A stretch of 64,000 nucleotides of DNA from Octopus vulgaris (lineage: Eukaryota): NCBI GenBank assembly GCA_951406725.2, contig OX597816.1, positions 34,224,001 to 34,288,000 of the forward strand. Direction: 5' to 3'. Position numbers and translations under genes: made by a program. The notes under the pieces were generated by a model. That model searched no databases and was not told the origin of the DNA. It saw only the letters and a program-made list of their open reading frames with translations. Positions 29,488 through 44,275 of this stretch are shown piece by piece. Numbering within the stretch: the first letter of the stretch is position 1; the number at the start of each line of letters is the position of its first letter.

Positions 29488-30009
29488 GTGAAGCCACGTG
29501 TATGAAAAGTTTGATTAGACATGGGTATGATTTGGTTTCAAGCTATAAAGGGACCAAATAAGGTAATGCTTTTTACTACGGTGACGTCTGCAAGCGTTTA
29601 GTCAGTAGACAACTCATTGTTGATATATAACTAGTTTTCAGCGGCACAAAAATACGCTTAATGACTTTACGGAAAATACACTACCGACATTCAACCATAA
29701 AAATAAATAGATTTCCATGTTTTTTTGTTTTTTTTTTTGTGGAAAACACTCGAAAACCTAACTCTAGGCATTAGTTCATACTTTAATTCACAGTTACCAA
29801 AATAATAAAGTTTTATTTCAGTATAAGTTTTTGCAACCCTACATATTATAAGTGCATTTCTATCAAGTTGCCGCCTGAAGAATACTTCAGTCAACACTTA
29901 ATATTGTCTTTCCAACTGGATATAATGCAGATCATGAGGGAATCTACTGAATACATTTACTGCTTGACTGACTCCAAGATTTCTTAGATAATTCGAATTG
30001 AGTAATAAT

Positions 30010-30210
30010 AGCCTCTATCATATACACGAAATCTTAAATATCTCGGAAGGTGTTCGGTGACCCCAGTTCTTGGCTCGTAATTTATTTGATCATTACTGAG
30101 GAGATGAAAGCAAAGTTAACTTAGGCTTGATGTAAACTCAGAACATTAAGCGCCGGAAAACTTATAGCAAATAATTTTGTCCGCTGCTCCAACGATTCTC
30201 TCTACCAAGC
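30010..30210 (-). mobile_element. Degenerate SINE, family A
   Basis: gaccccagt...gatgaaagcaaagttaac...aactcagaac...aacgattct matches the reverse complement of family A. Confidence 0.55.
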
Positions 30211-30316
30211 ATATTTGAAATTACTAATAATAGTTGCAATACTAAATCGAAAGTAAAAATCTAGTGATTTGGTTTTATACTGGACGAGTTTAGCGTGACT
30301 TTTTATTTATGTTGAT

Positions 30317-30350
<34 letters not shown>

Positions 30351-33300
30351 AAAATCGTAGTCAATGAAATTAAATAAGATATCGCTGTTATGTATATAAA
30401 AAAAAACCATGATGAGCCCTTCCTAATATCCATATACGCTGCCATAAATTCACGGTTGTAGAATAATATATTTGGACTCTTGCTGTGATGCGAATCGAGC
30501 ATGTATAGTTAACCTTTGATTATATCTTGTTGCTTTCTATTGCTAGACGTGCATGTTGCAGTTCCTACCATCACTCTAAAGATTATATATTACGATAAAT
30601 GATATTGCAAACAATGCAGCTAAAGAGAGAAAATTTTGAGGAAGTAACACATTTTGACAACGTAGCATTGATGGTATACGCGTCAGTACGGTAAGAGAGA
30701 GAAATAAATTATCTGAACAAAACAGAACAATAAAAAGTGTTCCAATTCTATGTTTATAATTACCGTATATATGTTATTTGTTATTTTGAAAATGCGTAAC
30801 CATTTGATGATTTCATCAGTATTTGAGCAAATATTGCGGAATATGTTAATTATTAATGAAATAATCAGCGCCTCCTCTTTCCAGTTTCGATTATTTCTCT
30901 AAACATACATCAGCAGGCAAGGGCAAGAATTTTTGAACGACAAAGTCTGTTACACACGGAGTTAGGTTTCTCTTTTCCACCCCTCCAACACGAAAGTCTG
31001 TCATCTTAAGTCAACATAGCTTAGTACTAATATAGTCGCAGACGTTAGTCTCTGAAAGTAAAGCGCCAGAAGTGATGGCATATCGCAACTTGCAAGTCTG
31101 TCTAATAGTTTAGCGCCGAATCCGTCTGCCAGAAATGTTACTTATCAAGACTACGAAACGTAAATATGATCTTAAAAGGATTTAAAAATAGAAGGCAGGG
31201 AGCAGACTGAAATACGTGAGGCACTTAATTCGATGATCTAATGATTGCACCCTACCATATTTTGTTGAAATGTGTAGCCAAGTATTTTCCTTTCGGCTCA
31301 AATTAATTCAATGATTGATGGTATTCTCTAGATAAGTATTGTAATATCCTCTGTTGTGTAGATTAAACTTTACAAAATATTGGTACATTGGGATCTGTTA
31401 GGGATTATAGACTTGATGGAAGATGAAAAATCAAAGAATGTTGATGACAGGGGAAAGACATGAATAATAGATGTAATGGATAGAAAATAAGAACTATATA
31501 AATTAATATATATATGTGTGTGTGTGTGTGTACGTATGTATGTATTGGAGAGTATATAACAAAAAGGAGATTATAAAACGTAAAGCGGTTAAGATAGGAT
31601 GCTACTACGAATTTAAACAGGATTCAATGCCGATGTGTTTATCTATCATCGGCTTAAACTAGCAGGCCTGTTCCAAAGGTGAAGTCAAATATTTGAGTGG
31701 CTAAATCTATTAAAACGCATATGAGAACGAAGACGATTTGACATAGAAGATATAAAATAAACAAAAATTGTTCTATTTGCGTGGCAGACGAAATTATTAA
31801 AACACCATTCTACTGTCTCTTTCAACTTATATACCATGTAATGTGGAAATAAGGAAGCAACAAGAATTGGAGTTGAATTTGTCTATTGCAAAAAATAAAC
31901 TCTTAGCTCAATTATGAGTCGAGTGCGAAAGCAAACAGTGGATGACGCCAGAAACAGAATATTTGGAATGTCCACATATTGCAGCTATGCTACGAAAACA
32001 TCATTCACTGGTCTTCTTTAGCTCTAGGTCTTACAGATGTCGAATAAATTTCTAAGAATGTATCGGCAAATGTACGGCATCAGTAAATTTGTATTCGAAC
32101 TTTGCAGAATAGAGTGCCATTTTTGTCGAGGGCATTACTTGGAGATCTTGTAATTTTATGGTAAAACGCTTATACAAAACCATAATAAATGTGCCTTTAA
32201 CTTCACATAACTTTATGAGCTGATTCCCACGGGATTTTACTACAAATTTGCTGCAGAACGACAAGCAATTATGCAACCATTATTATCTGTCTATGTTATT
32301 CCTTACTGATATTATGTCCTATTTAAACTTAATGCCGCGTTGATAGTTGATTGGCTGCGTATGAATGTACATGAACATATAAACATGTGCATCGTATATG
32401 TCATTATTTCAATAGAATCCCTCTGAAATTTGACCGATGTATAATTACGCCTCCTTCGTCCTCTGTGTGTGGGTGTGTGTGTATTTGTGTGTATGCACAC
32501 ATACTTTCTTCATCTGTATACTGATAGCAATAGTGAACATATTTTGGTTACTTGGTGCTGGGAAAATGTTTCCTAGTAAATTGGGAGCATTGATTTTAAA
32601 ACTGTTCACACATTTCTGGTACGTTATTATCACTCTTTCGAAATATACATTTGGCTTCATAAAATGTAATCCCACGTAAGGTTCCTAACTTTGAAAACAT
32701 AGTTTTCAATATAATTTAAACAACAAAAGTAAAAAAAAAGAAGTATCTTTAGTACATATAATGCAAATAGATAGAGCAACTTTCATTATTTTCAATGTAA
32801 CCAGGTTTAAATATCATGATATTAATAAACAACTCATTTCTGTGGTTTTTTTATATCATACATGCCTCCTGTTTGTAGAATATCTATGTAGATATACACA
32901 CGCTACCTTTATTGCAATCCAAGTGAGATGTGTTTTGTTGAACCTTTAAATGTTTCATATGAAAATTTATATTTTGAATGCACCCTTTTTTATTTTAATT
33001 GTAAGGTCATCTGGGTTAATGCTATTTTTTTATCAACCATGGTAAAAGCATTGTAAAAATATCTTCATGGGTTGTTTGAACTTCATGGAAATTTGCCATC
33101 ATAAATCTGCATTTACATACTTCATAATTGTTGACAATATTGAAAAGGATTTTCCTAGGTGCGAATATATTTTATATTTTATTCCCCAGCAATGGTGAAT
33201 AAAAATACCAAAACAGCCTTGATGTTAGGAAAGAAAACATTACGAAAAGAATTGGTGTGGAAACATCAAAATAAGCTTGTTTGCTGTTAGATAAAGGGAT

Positions 33301-36269
33301 ACTGAATGTTAAGTTAAGATGACACAAACATCACTGCTGTAAGGTGAATGACCTACCGAGTAATTATAATAGATTGAAAGAGAAGCGGTAAGTAGAAAAT
33401 GAAATCAAATTCATTAGAATACGATCGTATACATTAACGTGTTTTGACATAGGATACATAATATTTCTTCATATACGCTAAAAAATTGTGTATACTCAAT
33501 AGAAATAATCGTTGCATGGGGCGAAGTTTAGAGAATGAAGTTGAAAAGAAGAGAAACTGAAGATAAGTATTTTAGGATTTAGGTGAGAACCAGTTTACAA
33601 ATATATATATTTAAAGAAGTGTGCAAACATTCGCGGATGTTGACTAAATTCACGTACCATGTGAATAATTTATATATATAGTTTAGGCTGCAGTGTCATT
33701 CCGAAGGTAAATGCAATTAAGCTTGATTGTTATAAATAAATTTTATTTATGCAAAGGGAGATAATTGTGGATATGATCAGGTATTATGTAGGTGGCAAGT
33801 ATATGCGGCGAATATGATGAATTTGTTTGCAAGAAGTTAGGAAAACAAACTTTCAAAGTGTATTTAAAGATCATGTGCAAGAATAAATTACACTAGAACA
33901 TTTTCGGAAAAAAAGTTCTATTAATTGTTATATTTACAATTACTCCTATCTAATTTGATAATACTCCTATCTAATTTGATAAGCCACTTATATGCAGAAG
34001 CTGAAAGTAAAGTATATGTAACTGAGTGTTTTTCAAGTCTCAGATGTAATCAAGCGAGGTAGAAATACAACACTGAGAGGTACGTTCATTCATATCCATA
34101 TAGGCAGATTTTGATTACAGAAAATTACTAGTGCATACATAACCAAGCATAATGCATAACATGCATACAGCTCATACACATGCATAGCACTCACACACCT
34201 GTGTGATACTCACACACGTGTGCCCTGGGGCTCATGAACAGATTTCCGTGATTATTTCCTCGCGATATAAATATGAGATTCATGATTAGTCTTTTATATA
34301 TGTGAATTGAATGTTTTTGCGTAAGAATTGTTTTGGAAGCCACGATACTTTCTTAATGCGATATCAAAATAAACACGCAAACAACACAGACACATACACA
34401 TTCGCACACAAAGATACAACTACTCATACACGCACGCACAAACACACAAAACATATATTAATACAGACACACAAATAAAACGATGCAAATGTTATTAAAA
34501 CGTAACAATCAAATACTTGAAAAATACGTGCGTGATGAATGTAGAAGCGTCACGATTTAAAACTTCGCTGGGAAAGTCTCCATGTATTCAACCAGTATGT
34601 GAGAAACCACATAGACGATCCTGTTGTGCGAATTTCATTGATTTTTTCTGGAAATCTGAGCCGTGTCATTACAAATAGAGTAGGACACTATTTTTGGTTT
34701 TGCACTTAGGAACCTAATAACTTATCGATTTAAGTTATATAATGAATTATTTGGACAAAAAGCGTAGGAGGCATTCTGTTCTTGATTAAAATATGTTTAA
34801 TCACTTGCAAACGATCAAATGAAAAAATAATTTTGTAAACTTTAAACCCTATCGATCATATTGAAGGAGAGGAATCAAAATATATTACCATTTGTTCCTC
34901 TTGAAATAAGTCAAATATAAGTTTGGGGAACGAGGCTGCCCTTACGTACATGCCCAAATAAAAGAAATGATGACTAAATTGTCGATGAAAGGAATTTTAA
35001 CCTTAAATTAAGGTTGATGATATATGGGTTAAGGTAGTCCATGACAAAAGGTATTTTCGTGGAGGTACTAATTTTCGATACATTTGATCAACCTATATAT
35101 GAGGGGAGCTAAACGAACAATTTACTTGAACTTACACTAGATATTGTTTACATAAAATCACAATCATTCATGCATTGTAGAGGGAGATGGCATTCAAAAT
35201 GCAATAACGTGCACATAGGTATGGAAAATGAAAGTGAAATTAAAGAGCTTTCAATGTGAGCTGAAATTTTGTAGAAGTTTTCACCTGACGAAAGCCTAAC
35301 ACTTGTTCAATAATTCACACTAAGAATAGAAAGATTTCTACATGGCATTAGTTTCTAAGTAGCAAAATTCATAAATCAAGAAAGATTACAAAACTGAAGA
35401 ATCAAATGAAAAAAGTAGTTACAGGCGTGAATTGATATTGTTTATGCAAACGCCAGACTATTTTATTTTTATTCAATGTAAAAATGATGAATTGATTTCT
35501 TTTACTTTACAAATTTACATTTGAATTAAACAAACATGAATATTGTTAATAATTAAACACAACATATCCGAAATAACATTAGAATTTACTTAAAGATTTC
35601 CATAAAACTAATTTTCATTTTCAAATTCTCATTGTTTTTAAGTAATATTTAAGACTAAACGTATACTTTCCCTCCTAAGAGACATGAACATGATTATAAC
35701 TACGTCGATTTTCATTAGAAAACCTGTTCTTTGAAACAAGTAAACTTTTAGCTCAGCCTACAATATAATATAGATAAAGTCGGCGGACTTCAATCGTTCA
35801 TCCATCATATTGCATCCGCAGATAATGACATTTCAAGTTGGCCCATTAAGAATTCCCCCAGGTTTTTCAATATATATTAGCATTTTCGGTTTTCTATTAA
35901 ACTTTGCATATTTATAAACACTCATTAGTCGTCCAACCAATAGCAATACTGTTTGACGACCCAAGAGGAATCATACTTTGCCATAGCAAACTTCAATTAA
36001 AATGCGCTTACGTGTAACCAGTGCAGGATGGTTTAAACACTAAACAAACAGAGAAAACCACATGCATACATGTACTACTACTCACATACAACACGCATAT
36101 TTACATAGATGAAATGTATATATGTATACGTATACTCACGCACATGTAAACATATATTTGCATATGTGTGTATGTATTATATATGCACGCAAAAACATTC
36201 GTACAAAAACATCCGACACAGCAATGAAAGCACAGATACACATACACACGCACTTACACGTGCACATAC

Positions 36270-36310
<41 letters not shown>

Positions 36311-36781
36311 TTCAAGAACCCATGCATATATTATTTAGTAGATCTCTTACTCAAATTAAGGTAGATGGTACATTTCAGTAAAATGTTAATTATATGAATA
36401 ACAAAATATAGGTATATCACTATATTACAATATTAACCAAAGAAGGTATATTACATAGCACACTGATGTCATAATATATAAAATCAATTTCGCGTATTTC
36501 TTTATGTTTTCTATGTGAGATTCATTCTACCCAAAATAGTGCCTACCGCGACACTATCCTAACGGAAATATCAATGGATCTTGACACTCGGTACAACAAT
36601 ATGTTGCATGTACGTTGTAACTCAAGATTGTTGCAAGAGATTTGATTTGAAAAGCTTCTCGGTTCAATGTAGTACTGACATATCAGCCCATCCTAGCTTG
36701 TATACAGGAAAACGTATAAACATGACATCCATATGTGCATGTATAGGTATAGTGGCCTTTGCTATCAATCGATCTATCAAA

Positions 36782-36831
<50 letters not shown>

Positions 36832-36862
36832 ATACATACATAAATATATGTGTGTGTGTATG

Positions 36863-36898
<36 letters not shown>

Positions 36899-37146
36899 AA
36901 ATTTTACTTTCAATAACATACGTGATGCGTGGCTTTCCGTTATTCAAAGAATGAAAGATGCATTGAATACGACAAAACGTACACTTAGGACAGACAGAGA
37001 AGAGCACTAATTATTCATCACACACACAGACACGTACACACGCACACACACTTATATATGTATATTATTTACATATATTTGTCTGTCTTCCTGTCTCTCT
37101 CCATCACTCTCTCACTTTCTCTATCTCTATTTATGTATGTATGTAC

Positions 37147-37215
<69 letters not shown>

Positions 37216-37244
37216 CGAGAATGAAGCAACAAGAATGGATAGGT

Positions 37245-37335
37245 TTTTAGTACAATCGTTTCATACAAGGACAGGTTTTATTAAAAGTTGCAAAAATTAC
37301 AGCATATAAACGTGTCCCGTACTCATCAGCTAAAA
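37245..37335 (-). ncRNA. Type I hammerhead ribozyme motif (mirror copy)
   Basis: Exact reverse complement of 37797-37887. Confidence 0.75.
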
Positions 37336-37796
37336 TACATGTGAGTTCTCTAGACATCCTAGTGGTTGAGGCTATACTCATGAAGTAATGTAGATAATTA
37401 AGTAACATAAACAGATTTCAAAAGTTCATTAAAGTTCTTTAAAGATGATGTACAGTCTTATCACAGAATTTTAAAAAAGTCTTAATAGCATCACAGAGAA
37501 GGTGACCTAATCCATAGTGCACATATGAATTTCCAGAGATATGATGAGGGATTACATACTCACTTATGATGAGTATGTAATCCCTCATCATATCTCTGGA
37601 AATTCATATGTGCACTATGGATTAGGTCACCTTCTCTGTGATGCTATTAAGACTTTTTTAAAATTCTGTGATAAGACTGTACATCATCTTTAAAGAACTT
37701 TAATGAACTTTTGAAATCTGTTTATGTTACTTAATTATCTACATTACTTCATGAGTATAGCCTCAACCACTAGGATGTCTAGAGAACTCACATGTA

Positions 37797-37887
37797 TTTT
37801 AGCTGATGAGTACGGGACACGTTTATATGCTGTAATTTTTGCAACTTTTAATAAAACCTGTCCTTGTATGAAACGATTGTACTAAAA
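37797..37887 (+). ncRNA. Type I hammerhead ribozyme motif with long stem II
   Basis: TTTTAG-CTGATGA-GTACGGGACA...TGTCCTTGTAT-GAAAC-GATT-GTA-CTAAAA. Core boxes intact; stem I TTTTAG/CTAAAA; predicted cut after GUA at 37881. Confidence 0.8.
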
Positions 37888-38044
37888 ACCTATCCATTCT
37901 TGTTGCTTCATTCTCGCTTATAATCACCCCACATTACTGGTATAAATCAGTAATTAAATCAGTATAGTTTTTTTTGGTGCATCTAAGTTAGGTACCATAT
38001 TCAAGTAAATTCATTTAAATTAACTTGAATCTTTATTGCTTTTT

Positions 38045-38092
<48 letters not shown>

Positions 38093-38190
38093 CATTTATA
38101 TATATATATATGAATGTAGGTAGATATGTATATATACGCATATGTAATAATATAAATATATGCATATATACATACATATATGTACGTACC

Positions 38191-38237
<47 letters not shown>

Positions 38238-38517
38238 AAATAGAAAGATGAATTTTCATGTTACAGATTATTCAAAAGTTTAACCGATACCTGGGTAGCA
38301 AAAATCACAGCAGAAAAAAGCACGGTTGGAGATAAGACCATTTGATGTTGCAACCGTGCGTTGGTGCGATAATTGAAGTTTAATATTTTTAGTGAATGGA
38401 AGAAATGGAGTTGAACGAAGATTGTACAGAATTCCTTTTATTACATTCTACACATGTTTAAAAGGCCACAAATTTCCAAATTCTGATTAAATAAGGGTAC
38501 CATATTGTGGCTTTCTC

Positions 38518-39462
38518 AGAAATTCCAAATATTACTCCACGGTTAATTCACATAAAGTTAGGATAGCTTTCTCCAACACAAAAAACCTTTCCCAGATAAT
38601 CGCCTCCCATAATAATAGGCTGCTTATTAAGACCCTACCACCTTTGTCCGGAGGCGCAGCTCCGTCCGATCCCAGTTTAACGCGCAGTAGGAATAATATT
38701 AGTAATAATGATAAAAGAGCCAGTACAGTGACTGATAATCTCAGTACCAACCAGGGATTAAATAATAGGATTAGCGATAGAAGAAATGGTGATGTCATTA
38801 ACGTTAGTAATGGTAATAGTGAGGTGAGCGCAGTTCGGGTCATTAATGTAGAGAGTCCTAATAGAAACTTTAGCATCGTTTCCGGCAATAGCAGGTCCAC
38901 GGATACTAGCAATTACAGCGCTCTCAGTGTTAGGGAAGACACAGGGGTTAGTCCGTTAATTAATAGTGATAATGAGGAATATAAAGTAGTAAGCGGCCGC
39001 AGTTCTCACAATCAATATAGTAACAGTAACGCAGTTTTAATATCAGAAGCTAATCACAATAGAATAAGGTTCTTGTCGAGTAACTCCAAGATCAGGAATG
39101 CCATTTACCAATGCAAGGTTTACACGGATTTAGATGTCTACTCGTATGTCGGGGCCTCATCGTCAAAATTGGCCTTGAGAATTTCGAACCATTTCGCAAC
39201 TTTTCGCGACGTGAATAAATACCAAGCTACAGGACTTAGCAAGCTTATATGGCGTTTGAAGAACGCGAATTCAGTTTTTAGGCTGGAATGGTCGATTTTG
39301 TCGGTGGCCCTCCCATTTGATAGGGGCAGAAGGCGGTGTGATCTTTGTATCTCTGAGCTTTTCCACATATTGTTCGCCAGAGACCGGTTGGTAAACGGTC
39401 TTTTACAGTCCGCTTTTCAATGTCCCCATTGGCGGCGTCATGCTTATCTTACATATAAATGA
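38518..39462 (+). CDS. PLE polyprotein C-terminal fragment: RT-thumb end, Asn/Ser-rich linker, GIY-YIG endonuclease (no start codon, frame open)
   Basis: In frame from 38518: RNSKYYSTVNSHKVRIAFSNTKNLSQIIASHNNRLL, later NAIYQC..YSYVG..RISNH..LSKLIWRLK..WSIL..CDLCISE..LVN..CPH. The GIY-YIG Y, Y-G, R, E and N positions are present. Confidence 0.85.
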   Translation, partial: RNSKYYSTVNSHKVRIAFSNTKNLSQIIASHNNRLLIKTLPPLSGGAAPSDPSLTRSRNNISNNDKRASTVTDNLSTNQGLNNRISDRRNGDVINVSNGNSEVSAVRVINVESPNRNFSIVSGNSRSTDTSNYSALSVREDTGVSPLINSDNEEYKVVSGRSSHNQYSNSNAVLISEANHNRIRFLSSNSKIRNAIYQCKVYTDLDVYSYVGASSSKLALRISNHFATFRDVNKYQATGLSKLIWRLKNANSVFRLEWSILSVALPFDRGRRRCDLCISELFHILFARDRLVNGLLQSAFQCPHWRRHAYLTYK

Positions 39463-40079
39463 CACCTAAGACAATTAACACCTTGTTACCCTACTAAAAT
39501 GAAAATAATCTTTGGAAATAAATTTTGAAAAAGCTTTTTAAGAAATATATGAATAACCCTTGCAAGGGGAAATAACTCCAATTAGGCGATTGGGGGTTTT
39601 TTTTTGAAGCAAACGCTGGAACTATATATACCCTGAGGATTCTTTGACGATGTTAAATTTTGGCAAGCAGGCCTAGACGAACACACGAACACAACAAATT
39701 CTTTCAGCCGCCTGACAGGTTTTTTCAGCAGTGATCATTATGTAGCCCCCCTCGCCAGCACACGGCCGCGCACACATAGGCCAGTACACACATACATGCT
39801 TGTATGCTTGTATGTTTTTTTGCCTCGCCCCCAAAAATACACCCAGTATTCTTAAATTATTCAGAACATTAGTGTTGGTCACACAGAACATCTCCACACC
39901 CCTTGCTCTCACCTACTAGATCTGACCGCCGCCTGACCTGTAGATATCTTCAACACACCAAACCCCCGATTTCAATGTACATTGATAAACAGTTCAGCCA
40001 TGGGCTCTTAAGGAGCGTCCTCGTTCGAATTGCGTTGCTGCGCCTCTGTTTTGTTTTGTTCTGTCAACGGAATTCCTGT

Positions 40080-40165
40080 TTTTTCCTGAAGAGAAAGCCA
40101 CAATATGGTACCCTTATTTAATCAGAATTTGGAAATTTGTGGCCTTTGAAACATGTGCAGAATGT
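40080..40165 (+). ncRNA. Hammerhead motif in the PLE 3' terminal repeat (cleavage triplet mutated to GCA)
   Basis: TTC-CTGAAGA-GAAAGCCACA...TGTGGCCTTT-GAAAC-ATGT-GCA-GAA. The inverted copy and the 52476 homolog both have GTA here. Confidence 0.65.
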
Positions 40166-40217
40166 AATAAAAGGAATTCTGTACAATCTTCGTTCAACTC
40201 CATTTCTTCCATTGACT

Positions 40218-40307
<90 letters not shown>

Positions 40308-40313
40308 GCATAT

Positions 40314-40669
40314 ATGTGTAAAGGACATCAAAATGACGTAGAGCACAATGAGAAACGAAAACATAAAAAACGAAAACGTAGAAACGAACTTTTTTTCGGA
40401 CACCGAAAAATACAAACAGAGAAACGAGTCATACCACATAAAGAATATTCCCCTTCTTCAATTGTCCCTATTTCAATTACTACACGCGACTTCGTTGAAA
40501 TAGTCCTTCCCGCAAAGCAACTTAAATAAAATTTCGGATTTCTTCCGGAGGGTGATAGTGGTAACAAGGACAGGACAGTGAGAACAAAACAGTAAAAACA
40601 AACGATGAGGGCTGTCAAGTCAAAACGATGGAAAACTTATTCTGAATTTTAAGGAGACGAGCTTATGAA

Positions 40670-40671
<2 letters not shown>
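40314..40671. mobile_element. Second copy of the 26098 repeat family
   Basis: Colinear similarity to 26098-26490; bounded by (TA)n and (CA)n. Confidence 0.7.
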
Positions 40672-40764
<93 letters not shown>

Positions 40765-41708
40765 AATAAGATGTAAAATTACTCAATAATCAAGTTAAAA
40801 CGCTGAGTTTCAGATGCCGAAGTGGAAATCCACAACACTATCTCTGCGTATATTTTTGTGTGTGTAAGAGTGTATGTGTGAATGTGCATGGGTGTGTGCT
40901 AGATGTAAATTTTTGCGAGAAGGGTACCTTCTCTTCTTTGACTATTGTACGATCATGTCCACGAATGTAGCTGTTCAAACTAGCTTTCATTCCGCAGGAA
41001 CGTTCATAGATGTGTCAGTTATCTCACACTTCACATCAATTATTTACTTTGATGCTAGGACCACATGCGTGTATGTTCTTAAGCCAAAGCGATAGGACAA
41101 GATGCAACTTCCCAATTGCAATTTGCTCTCTAATATACTTAGCGACCTGAAACTGGCTTGTCAGGGGCTAGTGGAGAATGACGCTCTAACGGCAACAGCA
41201 TTTTCGTGGACGTAACACGATCTACTGGTGCAGACAACCTGAAATCCTACGAAGAGCCATGTCATGGGGAACTTCGGGAAAGATCTGATAATGAAATTCA
41301 AAGTGTTCAGCCTGTAACAGGCTGTAACAGGCACCATCAATTTTGCACAGGGTGATTTCTTTTTCCTGAAGACAGGCAAGTGCTTCCCTTAGAGGGAACA
41401 CAACTAGGAAATATTTTTTCTCCAGAGAAATTCTAGAAACCCTGCCTGTAATGTAAAAGCTAGTCACGTCCATGAGTAGAATCAATTCTAAACTACCAGA
41501 GATTAGAATAATCTTCTACTGAGACACCTAATTATGATGGTGTATTGGTGTGGATTTGATTAACCCAAAATTTATTACATAGCAAGAACAAAAATGCGAA
41601 TGGAGAAAAATCACATCTTTAATTGGTGATTCTACCATAGAATATGGTAGAATGTGTGCTTTATTGTTATCTGAATAGAATTTTGAATTCACGTTTATTC
41701 TTCTATCA

Positions 41709-41807
<99 letters not shown>

Positions 41808-41821
41808 CTTTGGTAATACAA

Positions 41822-42235
<414 letters not shown>

Positions 42236-42530
42236 AAATAATCTTTGGATAGAAATTATCGATATTTTAATGCATCGCAACTCGTGTTTCCAAAAATCTC
42301 CTCACTTATCACCCGTTATTCCTTGGATAAGTCTGGTCCGTAGTATCCGTGAGCATCGGTTAGATTACAATATTTATAAACTCCATACAAGAATTATTGT
42401 TATCGTTATATTTATCCTACAGTATATAGGTTCAGCCAAAACCTGTTTCACCAGTCACCATCATCTGAGTGCGGCCGACATAATGGAAAAGAGCTTTATT
42501 TGCATATTAAAACCAATTCCCGTAAACACA

Positions 42531-42573
<43 letters not shown>

Positions 42574-42733
42574 AAAACTCGAGATATGATATGTTATGAC
42601 CAATCAGGCATTATATGAACATGCATATAGACACACACACACACACATACACACACACACACACACTTACAGGTGTACACATATGTGTCGGAAGTAAAAA
42701 TATTTGAATTATGCCTGCGTTATACTCCATTTA

Positions 42734-42815
<82 letters not shown>

Positions 42816-42842
42816 CATACATACATACACATATACATACAT

Positions 42843-42937
<95 letters not shown>

Positions 42938-44130
42938 CATATACATTCCTTTTCGGTACTCAAGCCAGCTTGATGCCTAATTTATTGATGCTGTGTGCAC
43001 AGCGTTTAGAAAATGTTTATAAGCAGTATTTTTATGCTTTCATTAATCCGTCAATATTTAATCAGGTAAGTCAGTAGAGCCCATTTGCAAAACACAAAGA
43101 ACCATGCCTGCCCTTACATACATTTGCAGCTAGATAAAAACAATTAAATGTGATGTTTAAGGAAACATGAAAGAAATGAATGACGGGATGGAAAATCTCA
43201 CGCCCTTAAAACTGCCACACCACACGCTTCAACGACTGTCATAATATACACCCCCGCATAATCACTAATACACAAATATGGTACGGAGCAGAGATAAGAC
43301 AGAGATAAGAGAGGAAGATATTGATCCAGCCAATAAAATATAACATTACTGTTCATCTGTTTCCTCATCTTTTACAAGTTAGTGAAACAACGAAGCTACT
43401 TGCAAGCGTCTATAGAAATTCTATCATCGCTTCACTTTAGCGTAGTTAGCAGCCGGAAATAAACTGCTAACAACCCCCCATTATAGGTGCCACAATGTTT
43501 GCATTATACGTTGCAATCTATTAAATTCGAGTGTATGGACCTTCAGGATTCACATCTATATTCACAACTTGTACATAATTTAGCTCCATCATCTCAACTG
43601 TAGGGTCTCTACTTGTTGAAAACACGTACATTCACGCCTGCATTTTGCCAAAATCTTTTCTAAGTATCAGTCAAATTTGAGGGTGTTTTGTTCGCCCAAT
43701 TCTCAGTTATTTTATCATTAACATATACTTTGTTGAACTTCTTCCAGTTGTCGATGACTGGAGGCTTATCCTACCAGGTATTTGCTTCATAACTTACCTG
43801 AACGGACTCCCCGGATATATTTTGCAGTTAGTTATATCTTGGTTTATTGGCTGAAGTAATAATGTTGTATTCTTGGATATACATTCTACTGCTATGGTAT
43901 TAGAAAATCGTAAACATTTCTGAGAAGACCGATGTAAACAACTGTGTATGGCTATACCTGATTGGTCATAGCATATATTACCTCGAGTTTTAAGTTCGTC
44001 TTGTTCTACGTCTACCAAATGATATATATAAGAAACATATATACAATTATCATATGTTGATGGTATGTAGTGCATATTTCCCTATATCCATAAAAGCCTA
44101 GACCAGTAAATGGTTTTATGTACGTCAGAA

Positions 44131-44275
44131 AGGTGACCAGCTCGCAGAATCCTTAGCACCTCCGCGAAAGTGCATAACGAGATTTCGTCTGTCATTACAT
44201 TCTGCGTTCAAATTACACCGAGATCAACTTTACCTTTCGCCGCTTCGTGATCGATAAAATGAGTAACCGTCAAGC
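44131..44275 (+). mobile_element. Degenerate SINE, family A
   Basis: gttcaaattacaccgagatcaactttacctttc...gataaaatgagtaacc matches family A. Confidence 0.65.

Larger units (their letters stand above)
37210..38046. mobile_element. Fold-back PLE-type terminal-repeat element: 353-bp perfect inverted arms plus a 124-bp tail, inside (TA)n
   Basis: 37210-37562 is the exact reverse complement of 37570-37922 (checked base by base). Loop is cttatga. (TA)n on both sides and a hammerhead motif in each arm. Confidence 0.9.
38232..40225 (+). mobile_element. 5'-truncated Penelope-like element (Naiad-like endonuclease) with inverted 5' terminal-repeat copy, inside (TA)n
   Basis: GIY-YIG ORF. 38383-38517 is an inverted copy of 40091-40225 (4 mismatches in 135 bp). 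Hammerhead motif in the 3' repeat. (TA)n at both ends. Confidence 0.9.

Noticed and set aside
33941-33982. 21-bp tandem duplication
   Set aside because: An ordinary slippage duplication.
39463-39990. SECIS element in the PLE 3' UTR (some Naiad PLEs are selenoproteins)
   Set aside because: No convincing ATGA..AA..GA helix by eye and no in-frame TGA in the visible ORF. A SECISearch run would be needed.
43300-44080. Degraded RTE-like RT C-terminus on the minus strand (SYEANTW)
   Set aside because: Too eroded to call without an alignment.
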